Origin: Patescibacteria group bacterium
GTDB lineage: Bacteria > Patescibacteriota > Patescibacteriia > UBA10025 > JAHIVO01
DNA: 64,000 bases
Direction of reading: 5' to 3'
NCBI GenBank assembly: GCA_041666685.1
Contig: JBAYGJ010000001.1
Span: 31,749 to 95,748, forward strand
Of the stretch, positions 57,022-64,000 are shown in pieces (within the stretch, counting starts at the first letter, position 1; every line of letters begins with the position of its first letter). The position numbers and the translations under genes were made by a program. Under the pieces are notes generated by a model. It saw only the letters and a program-made list of their open reading frames with translations, was not told the DNA's origin and did no database searches.

Positions 57022-58548
57022 TTATCCTACTGCGTCTTCTTTGACACTCATTCGTTTAATGGTAAATATCTTCTTGCTTTTCAAAGCTTCCTGGGCTAGC
57101 GCTATCCGGTCATCATTCGATCCATACAGAGTAAATAAACGTTCCCCCTTCCTGACTTTCTGCCCAAGCATCTTATTTATATAAATACCTGCTAATTTAT
57201 CATGCGGTGCGCCAAGGGTTCGGGCGATCTCATCAACCATTTCGTCATCTACCTCGGTAACCTGACCACTATATGGTGCGTGGAACCTCTGGCGAACAGC
57301 CGATTGGGTCAAGTCTTCTGAATCAAGCTTCCACCTGCCGCCCTGCGCCCTGATGATCTCCTGCATCTTTTTCCAGGCCCGGCCTGACGTCAGAGCTTCG
57401 GACGCAAGCATATGCCCAGTCCCGGGTTTCGCCTTACCGGACAACTCCAACAAGCGTCCGGCCAGACCGATAGATTTTTTCTCCAAGTCAGACGGACGGT
57501 AGTCTTTCTGCTGTAAGACTCGCAGTACGTCTCTCGCCTCCAGCGATGGACCGATCCCCCGGCCGACTGGCTCATGAGTCTCGGTCATGACCACATCAAT
57601 TTTCATATTGAAACGTTTTGCCAGATACTCGAATTTTCTTTTTACTTCGAGGGCAATCTTTTTGTCCATAATTTTCACTGACGGTCCGAATGGCAAATCC
57701 ACAACCAGATGCGTGACTCCCATGGCAACTTTCTTTGCCATGATGCTCACCACCATCTTGTCCAACGGTTCGAGCATCAACGGATGTGAGACACGGATGA
57801 TATAATCATCAGCCGGCGCCAGCCGGAAACTGCCGCCCCAGATCAGGCAGGCCCCCACTTTGTCCAATACTTTCTGGATTTGTTCAAATGTCAGGTGTAC
57901 GGGAGCTAGCACCTCCATGGTATCAGCCGTGCCGGCGGGAGAGGTAATTGCCCGAGAGGAAGTTTTCGGAATAAACACCCCACACGAAGCGATGATCGGT
58001 ACAACCACCATTGTCGTCCGGTTGCCGGCCACACCGCCGACCGAATGCTTGTCTGCCACCACTTTTACTTTCGGTTTCAGGACCTCACCGGTTTCAGCCA
58101 TGGCCTTGGTCATGAAATACAGCTCTTCATTTGAGAATGCCGTAATAAAGCTAGAGGCGACGAAATAGGTTATTTCGACATTCGACAGTTTGTGATGGAC
58201 GATATCATAAATGACGGACTTCATCTCCTCAAAAGTCAGGCTCTGGCCGAGCAATTTCTTACGGATCGCCTCAATGGACGGTGGCCGGGACAATACATGT
58301 AAGGATACCGGTTCACCGTCTTTGACTTTACGGTGCCGCCAGATCTCAGTAAAAAACCCGATCTCACCTTTTTCCACCTTATGACGCGAATAATAAGCCA
58401 CAACAATAGCCCGTTGGCCGGCCCACTTTACCTCCAAAAGGTCCCCCAGCACGATGCCGTACGTCTTGGCCTCTTCCTCGTGCAAAATCACGACCCAGGG
58501 CTGGCCGCCAGAAGAAAAATCTAATTTTTTTGCCTTGAGGTAAAGCAT
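57022..58548 (-). CDS. AMP phosphorylase (archaeal-type thymidine phosphorylase family)
   Basis: N-terminal extension domain; DKHSVGGVAGNRTT, PKTSSRAITSPAGTADTMEVLAPV, GRGIGPSLEARDVL. Confidence 0.9.
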   Translation of the reverse strand: MLYLKAKKLDFSSGGQPWVVILHEEEAKTYGIVLGDLLEVKWAGQRAIVVAYYSRHKVEKGEIGFFTEIWRHRKVKDGEPVSLHVLSRPPSIEAIRKKLLGQSLTFEEMKSVIYDIVHHKLSNVEITYFVASSFITAFSNEELYFMTKAMAETGEVLKPKVKVVADKHSVGGVAGNRTTMVVVPIIASCGVFIPKTSSRAITSPAGTADTMEVLAPVHLTFEQIQKVLDKVGACLIWGGSFRLAPADDYIIRVSHPLMLEPLDKMVVSIMAKKVAMGVTHLVVDLPFGPSVKIMDKKIALEVKRKFEYLAKRFNMKIDVVMTETHEPVGRGIGPSLEARDVLRVLQQKDYRPSDLEKKSIGLAGRLLELSGKAKPGTGHMLASEALTSGRAWKKMQEIIRAQGGRWKLDSEDLTQSAVRQRFHAPYSGQVTEVDDEMVDEIARTLGAPHDKLAGIYINKMLGQKVRKGERLFTLYGSNDDRIALAQEALKSKKIFTIKRMSVKEDAVG

Positions 58549-58714
58549 ATCTTATATACAGTATAAATGAATTCATCAAATATGACAAAAACACGCTCCT
58601 GAATGCATCGGTCGAGACACCATTCTTGACAATCTCATGATGCCTTGGTATCCTGACAATCTCAAACTAAAAATACAAATTGCTTTTTCACCTGATAACC
58701 ACCAAGGAGGGTGC

Positions 58715-58951
58715 GTGTTCGTAAAGATCAGCGAGCTTATCAGACGCTGCCGACCGGCAGCATTTACCCCAGGCACTACGGAATACCGCATGCGCGATGT
58801 TCAAAAGACTATTGCCGACTCGGACAAGAGAGTCAGGAAACAGTTTCAAGCCAGACCGCCTGCCGTCGAAGAAGATGACCTCATTTATGGAGACGTTTCC
58901 GTCCCCCCAGACGTTTTCCGTGCTCATTTCGGAGGCGACCCGAAGGATTAA
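58715..58951 (+). CDS. Orphan 78-aa protein
   Basis: TTGACA-N17-TATCCT (58626-58654), AAGGAGG SD before the GTG, terminator downstream. Confidence 0.6.
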   Translation: MFVKISELIRRCRPAAFTPGTTEYRMRDVQKTIADSDKRVRKQFQARPPAVEEDDLIYGDVSVPPDVFRAHFGGDPKD

Positions 58952-58971
58952 TAGGGCCGAGCCAACAAATT

Positions 58972-59010
58972 AAAAAACTCCGCCCAATCGGTCGGAGTTG
59001 TTTATTTTTT
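58972..59010. terminator. Bidirectional intrinsic terminator
   Basis: A-run, AACTCCG...CGGAGTT hairpin, T-rich run. Confidence 0.7.
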
Positions 59011-59049
59011 ATCAGGGTCAAGGACGATAGTGATTCTGAAAGGACGAAA

Positions 59050-59217
59050 CTAGTGTTCAGCCAATTCTGCATCAGGCGGTAAGGCGTCCTGATGGCAATG
59101 GCCACAATACGGCGGCTTCCCGTCCGGCTGGGGAAAAAGCTGGTTTAATCCGCAGCGTCCGCACGAATCCCAAACTACTTGATTGATGGACGGCGTTGAT
59201 CGATGAGAAGATCTCAA
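59050..59217 (-). CDS. Unannotated 55-aa CxxC-x15-CxxC zinc-ribbon protein
   Basis: GGAGGT SD, TTG start; MRSSHRSTPSINQVVWDSCGRCGLNQLFPQPDGKPPYCGHCHQDALPPDAELAEH. Confidence 0.6.
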   Translation of the reverse strand: MRSSHRSTPSINQVVWDSCGRCGLNQLFPQPDGKPPYCGHCHQDALPPDAELAEH

Positions 59218-59253
59218 AATATACCTCCAAATAACGATGTTGGATTTGTTGAA

Positions 59254-59502
59254 TTACTCTAGAATAAGCCTGTTTATGTCTTTCAGTAAAGGTTTCAAAT
59301 CAAGACCATGGACTGCTGCCCCAGATTCCAGGCTCTCAAACGGTGAAATGGCGCACCCGACGCAATGGAACCCCCGCTCCATGAGCAGTGGGGTAACTTG
59401 GGGATATCGACTGATTAATTCCCCCATCAGAATATCACCGGTAATTACCGATTTTTGATTTTTTCTTGATTGAGTTTTCTTAACTTTCTTTCGTGTTGTC
59501 AT
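59254..59502 (-). CDS. DUF1858 / hybrid-cluster-associated redox disulfide domain protein
   Basis: ITGDILMGELISRYP...GFHCVGCAISPFESLESGAAVHG. Confidence 0.8.
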   Translation of the reverse strand: MTTRKKVKKTQSRKNQKSVITGDILMGELISRYPQVTPLLMERGFHCVGCAISPFESLESGAAVHGLDLKPLLKDINRLILE

Positions 59503-59555
59503 AGATAAAATACGGGTAGCTGATAGTCTACCTGTTGTCTTGAAATAAGTCAATA

Positions 59556-60308
59556 CTAATCGATCAGCAACAGGAGCGCCATAATCCCCACGCCAAAAAG
59601 CAAAGACAACAGCTGCAGTACCGATTTGCCGGTGTGGGATTCTTTTTTCAGCTCCGGGATCAAATCTGCCGAGGCAATATAGATGAATCCGCCGATGGTC
59701 AGGGGTACGATAATCGTATGTATGGACTCCATGGAACGGCCGATAAGTAGCGTGACTACCGCACCCAATATGGCAACACTGGCGGAAAGGAAATTATAAA
59801 ACAACGCTTTAGCCCTTTTCATGCCGGTGTGCAGCAAAATTCCAAAATCGCCAATCTCCTGTGGAATTTCATGCAAAATGACTGCGATAGTCGTTGTTAC
59901 CCCGAGTGGCACGCTGACTAGAAAACTCCCTGCAATGATAGTGCCGTCAATAAAATTATGAAAAGCATCGCCGATCAGGTTGGTAGAAGCTACCGGGTGA
60001 GGATGGTCTTCTGACGTGGGTATATGGCAATGCCGCCACCATAAAATCTTTTCAAGGATAAAAAATGACAGTAACCCTGCCAGTATAAGCAATGACATCA
60101 ATGTGATATTATACTCCGTATCCTTTATCGCCTCCGGCAACAGATGGATAAATGCGTCACCCAGCAGCCCGCCCGCGGCAAAACTGACCATAAATAGCAA
60201 CACTTTTCTGAGCCGATCCATCCCGATTGATAGGGTAAAAACACCGATCAATGAAATCAGACTTATTATTATGACACTGGCGATTGTACTGACCCAAATC
60301 TGTACCAT
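59556..60308 (-). CDS. ZIP family metal transporter
   Basis: FAAGGLLGDAFIHLLPEA, GDAFHNFIDG, HEIPQEIGDF, DLIPEL. Confidence 0.93.
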   Translation of the reverse strand: MVQIWVSTIASVIIISLISLIGVFTLSIGMDRLRKVLLFMVSFAAGGLLGDAFIHLLPEAIKDTEYNITLMSLLILAGLLSFFILEKILWWRHCHIPTSEDHPHPVASTNLIGDAFHNFIDGTIIAGSFLVSVPLGVTTTIAVILHEIPQEIGDFGILLHTGMKRAKALFYNFLSASVAILGAVVTLLIGRSMESIHTIIVPLTIGGFIYIASADLIPELKKESHTGKSVLQLLSLLFGVGIMALLLLID

Positions 60309-60374
60309 AGATATATTATATCAAAAATGCCCCCAGCCGGCCATGCTTGGCCTTCCAGCGCCAATCAGGACATG

Positions 60375-61787
60375 CTATCTCAGATACCCCCACGTGTGCA
60401 GACGGTCACGGTCGTTTGACCAGGTCATCCCGATGTCTGTCCGGTAAAAAATGTTCGGCACGAGGACATTCTGTGCCCGGCCATACGCAACCCGCCTGGC
60501 TTCTTCCACAGTAGCACCGCTTCCGGTAACCACCAGCACGCAGCCAGAAGTGCCGGCAACGCGCCACACATCGTCCACTTTTTTGATATCCTCAATATGG
60601 ATCCCCTCTATAGTCGGGCGCGTTTTGAACGAAATGGCTAAGTCGCGGTATGTCCTCACTAATTCAGTATGGGGCTCCTGGGAAAAATAGGTCGGCAGCA
60701 GCAGGCGCACGCCCAACTGAAACCCGCGTTTGGTGTCAATCTGAAAATCTTCGCCATTCGCCATCCGGTGGAGGAATTCCCCGATCGGCATCTCAATTCC
60801 TTCCAACTGGATATGGATAGTCGGGTATCCGAAACGGCAAGTGAACTCCAGTGGATAAATGCCCCGTGCATTTACGATGCAATTGATGTCGACATACCCG
60901 ACATACCGGGATGCCTTAAGCGCTGAATGCATCGGCAATAAAATTTCCCTGAACAGGTTATTTGGGGTCGACCAGTACATCAGCGTCCCCATCTCACCGG
61001 TAAATGGGCCAAGATTCCCCGGGAAAATCCGTTTGTGTTCAAAATTGATATTGATCGGATACAGGAAATCATGCCCGTTGAAATAGGCTCCGACTGCTAC
61101 CTCCACTCCTGATACGTACCGCTGCAGGACAAAATGGGGAGCCCGCTGGCGCCAAATTTGCTTATTATTCTGAAAAAGTTCCAGCAAATCACGGCCATCT
61201 TCCTCCTGGCCGATGAACAGCAGGCTTTTTGGCGCACTGCCGCTCGGCTTAAAAACATACCGGGATGGGTGGGCTTTGATAAATTCTATGGCTTTATCAT
61301 AATCGTCAAACTGCCACCACCGAAGCGTATTGATATCATGTTTCTTGAGCTCGGCCTGGCCAAATTCCCGGTCATCCTCCAGCTGGTCAGTGTACTCACT
61401 GCCGCCAATCACCAGCTTCCCGCGCTGCCGCAATTGATCAGCCTGCACGCCGAATCCGACGTCATCAAAAACGATCACATCTGCCCAATCAACCTCCGGC
61501 TCCCATACTTTCACCTTTTCCACAAAGCCGTCATACACATCTGCATCATCAGGATTGGAAATATATACTTTCACGCGATGCCCCTCAAGCTGAAGGCGCC
61601 AGGCCAGATCGCCGCTGACGCTCTCTTTCGATACAAACAAGAATTTCTTTATAGGATAACCACCCATATGCAAAGACATCCCATTGACTCGGGGCGTCAT
61701 GCTTTCTGAAAACTTGCCGTTTCCAGTCTGATTGTTATGTGGGTTTTTACCGTCAGGTGGTTTTTCTTGGTTCATACCTTGTGCCAT
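60375..61787 (-). CDS. PurD-like (GAR synthetase-related) ATP-grasp ligase; start uncertain (61667 possible)
   Basis: LEDDREFG, VFKPSG, GVEVAV, EHKRIFPGNLGPFTGEMG, LEFTCRFGYP, YRTDIG. Confidence 0.75.
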   Translation of the reverse strand: MAQGMNQEKPPDGKNPHNNQTGNGKFSESMTPRVNGMSLHMGGYPIKKFLFVSKESVSGDLAWRLQLEGHRVKVYISNPDDADVYDGFVEKVKVWEPEVDWADVIVFDDVGFGVQADQLRQRGKLVIGGSEYTDQLEDDREFGQAELKKHDINTLRWWQFDDYDKAIEFIKAHPSRYVFKPSGSAPKSLLFIGQEEDGRDLLELFQNNKQIWRQRAPHFVLQRYVSGVEVAVGAYFNGHDFLYPININFEHKRIFPGNLGPFTGEMGTLMYWSTPNNLFREILLPMHSALKASRYVGYVDINCIVNARGIYPLEFTCRFGYPTIHIQLEGIEMPIGEFLHRMANGEDFQIDTKRGFQLGVRLLLPTYFSQEPHTELVRTYRDLAISFKTRPTIEGIHIEDIKKVDDVWRVAGTSGCVLVVTGSGATVEEARRVAYGRAQNVLVPNIFYRTDIGMTWSNDRDRLHTWGYLR

Positions 61788-61915
61788 ACAAACTGAAACA
61801 TTTACGTTGTACAGCAGTATGAATAATACTCCTCATGGCCATGAATGCAAGAGTGTGGACAAGTACCCAAACCAAAAACCCGCCAAGGAGGTGACGGGGT
61901 TTGGTGTGAGAAGAA

Positions 61916-62128
61916 CTATTGGACATTCCTTGACTTGCCTGGGATGGTAACCGCCATATAGACAGCGGATACACCGACCAGGCTGTACACGATCCGCGAT
62001 AAAGCGGACATGTCACCAAAGATAGTTTCGACTAGGTCAAACTTGAATAGTCCGACGAGGCCCCAATTGAGGGCTCCGACGAGTACCAGGATCAAGGCGA
62101 CCCAATCGACAGCATTCATCTTTTTCAT
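61916..62128 (-). CDS. DUF378 small membrane protein
   Basis: LVLVGALNWGLVGLFKFDLVETIFG...RIVYSLVG. Confidence 0.9.
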   Translation of the reverse strand: MKKMNAVDWVALILVLVGALNWGLVGLFKFDLVETIFGDMSALSRIVYSLVGVSAVYMAVTIPGKSRNVQ

Positions 62129-62146
62129 TGTTGTTATTTTAGTTGA

Positions 62147-62551
62147 TTATTCTGGAATGAGTACGGAATCAATCACATGAATAACTCCGTTATCGGCAGT
62201 AATATCGGTTTTAAGGACTTTTGCCTCACCGATCTTTACTCCATTATCTGAAACGGTAATTGGCAGCGAACCGCCCTGTACTGTAGCGAGAGACTGTTGT
62301 TTGACGACATCGCCAGCAAGCATCGAACCGCTGACCACATGATAGGTCAGTACTGCAGTCAGCTTGGCTTTGTCCTCAAGCAATGATTCAACGGTACCGG
62401 CTGGCAACTTGGCAAACGCCTCGTCGGTAGGGGCAAATACGGTAAATGGACCAGGACCAGAAAGGGTAGGCACCAGATCTGCGGCTTTGACCGCTGCCAC
62501 CAGTGTCTTGAAGGTGCCTGCCTTTACCGCTATATCAACGATAGTAGACAT
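62147..62551 (-). CDS. Single fasciclin (FAS1) domain protein, no signal peptide
   Basis: [30 protein letters not shown]. Confidence 0.95.
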   Translation of the reverse strand: MSTIVDIAVKAGTFKTLVAAVKAADLVPTLSGPGPFTVFAPTDEAFAKLPAGTVESLLEDKAKLTAVLTYHVVSGSMLAGDVVKQQSLATVQGGSLPITVSDNGVKIGEAKVLKTDITADNGVIHVIDSVLIPE

Positions 62552-62626
62552 AATTGTTTTTAGTTAGTTTGTTAACGTGCTACTGCAAGCCTTGCATGAA
62601 TAAAGGATACCTGGTAACATAAAAAC

Positions 62627-63481
62627 ATGCAAAACGTGCATTTGAGCCCACCGGAATTAGCTCCCCTTTTCGGGGTCAACGTATCCACTATCAAACGATG
62701 GGTGGACAAAGGTTTTATCCAATCTGTTAAAACATCCGGCGGTCACCGGAGGATTTCGCGGGAACAGTTGGCAGCCTTCGTCCAGCGATACCCGGATCAC
62801 GTACACAACTCGTATGTCCTGTCCCGGCTGTTGAAAAATAAACAGACCAGGCTGAAAGATTGGCAAAAATATTACCGCCACCTCCACCAAAACGAAGTAC
62901 GGCAGGCAGAACAGCAGGTCCAGCAACTCTACCTAGCCAACGTGCCAATCGCCACAATTCTGGATGAAGTCATCGCGCCCGCGTTGCGCCACATCGGGGA
63001 CGAATGGTTTGCCGGTCATGTGTCCGTTTTTGAGGAACATAGGATGAGTTTTATCGTCAGGGTACAATTACTTAAACTAGACCAGCTCATTCCCGATCGA
63101 ACCGATACACATTCTCCACTCGCCATCCTGGCCTGTGCCGCCGGCGACCATCACGAGCTCCCTTTACTGATGGTCGGGCTGATATTAAAAAGAAACGGCA
63201 GGCGTACGACCAACTTAGGCATAAACATCTCTGCTTCCGAAATGGACAAAGCCTGCCGCCTCCTCAAGCCACAATTGGTCTGCCTGACAAAAACATACAG
63301 CCAAGGCCAAAATGCCTCGGCGTACCTGGCTCATATCAAACCAATGATAAAAAAAATTAAGGCTCGCCTGATTATCGGCGGTAATGGCTGGCCAGCATCA
63401 TTACAAAAAAAATCACAAGACACCCGATATCGTTACATCCCTGATTTAGGGGCATTGGACGGATATCTCAAGAAAAATTAA
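62627..63481 (+). CDS. CarH/LitR-like MerR-HTH B12-binding transcriptional regulator
   Basis: HTH (STIKRW...TSGGHRR), IGDEW...EEH helical bundle, DHHEL...LG...IIGG B12 Rossmann domain. Confidence 0.85.
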   Translation: MQNVHLSPPELAPLFGVNVSTIKRWVDKGFIQSVKTSGGHRRISREQLAAFVQRYPDHVHNSYVLSRLLKNKQTRLKDWQKYYRHLHQNEVRQAEQQVQQLYLANVPIATILDEVIAPALRHIGDEWFAGHVSVFEEHRMSFIVRVQLLKLDQLIPDRTDTHSPLAILACAAGDHHELPLLMVGLILKRNGRRTTNLGINISASEMDKACRLLKPQLVCLTKTYSQGQNASAYLAHIKPMIKKIKARLIIGGNGWPASLQKKSQDTRYRYIPDLGALDGYLKKN

Positions 63482-63552
63482 ATACTGCCAACTTGCCCTC
63501 TCCGCCCGTTATGCAACGGGGTGGGCATCGCGAAGTAAAACCGTAGACGCGT

Positions 63553-64000
63553 TTAATATTTTAAGTATTCATTCGCCTTCAAAATCAAGACACAACTTGG
63601 AGCGTGCTTGATTTTATCATCCATGACCATTTTTAGGGCTTCCCCAAGTTTAACTTTCAATACCCTAATTTGTTCAGTCCCTTCTGGGGTTGCTTTTACA
63701 AATCTCAATTTTCGAGCCAAATACAGAGCGGAGGATGATTTAATAATTGTTGTCAGCGGATATATGGTCCCCAAAAAAATAAATTCGTCGGCTATTATCC
63801 CCGCCTCTTCTTTAAGTTCTCTTTTGGCAGTCTCCAAAATTTCTTCACCTTTTTTTATTGAGCCTCCCACGACTTCAATATTATTTTTCTTTAAAGCGTA
63901 ACGAAACAGGTCTATTAAATATACATATCCGTCATCATCAATTGGAAGAATACAAACGCCAATAAGCATCTCAACAATGCCGCAAATACCTTCTTTTCCA
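63553..64000 (-). CDS. NUDIX hydrolase (ADP-ribose pyrophosphatase-like), 5' end outside window
   Basis: Nudix box GGSIKKGEEILETAKRELKEEAG; frame open to the window edge. Confidence 0.88.
   Translation of the reverse strand, partial: GKEGICGIVEMLIGVCILPIDDDGYVYLIDLFRYALKKNNIEVVGGSIKKGEEILETAKRELKEEAGIIADEFIFLGTIYPLTTIIKSSSALYLARKLRFVKATPEGTEQIRVLKVKLGEALKMVMDDKIKHAPSCVLILKANEYLKY

Overview
Gene-dense, mostly housekeeping chromosome segment. It most likely comes from a Patescibacteria (CPR, ABY1/Parcubacteria-like) genome. This is inferred from a giant pilin-anchored Cys-rich surface protein, long S21, AMP phosphorylase, Asn-rich linkers, scarce Shine-Dalgarno motifs and small palindromic insertions. 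Main blocks from left to right: (1) an NrdR-controlled operon coupling class II (B12) ribonucleotide reductase to a cobalamin adenosyltransferase and two putative B12-uptake proteins; (2) ftsZ/ftsA, dgkA, ybeY; (3) a surface-protein cluster around a 3442-aa pilin-fused adhesin; (4) yqeY, rpsU, HIT, hisS, two lepB paralogs, and tRNA-Val flanked by insertion-interrupted tRNA-like remnants; (5) GT2, LCP, der, pth, a degenerate pilT, pilM, an orphan ORF, a candidate ~200-nt structured ncRNA, mfd, dprA, topA, tdh; (6) parAB and three tRNAs; (7) an iron/redox cluster (Fur with an extra Cys-rich tail, a hidden Cys6 micro-ORF, sufCBDSU, sod, ferritin, ferredoxins, two DsbA, lgt); (8) AMP phosphorylase, orphan micro-ORFs, a ZIP transporter, a lone PurD-like ATP-grasp enzyme, fasciclin and a divergent CarH/LitR-like B12 photoreceptor. 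No CRISPR array, transposase, integrase or reverse transcriptase was seen. All family calls are by motif recognition, not database search.
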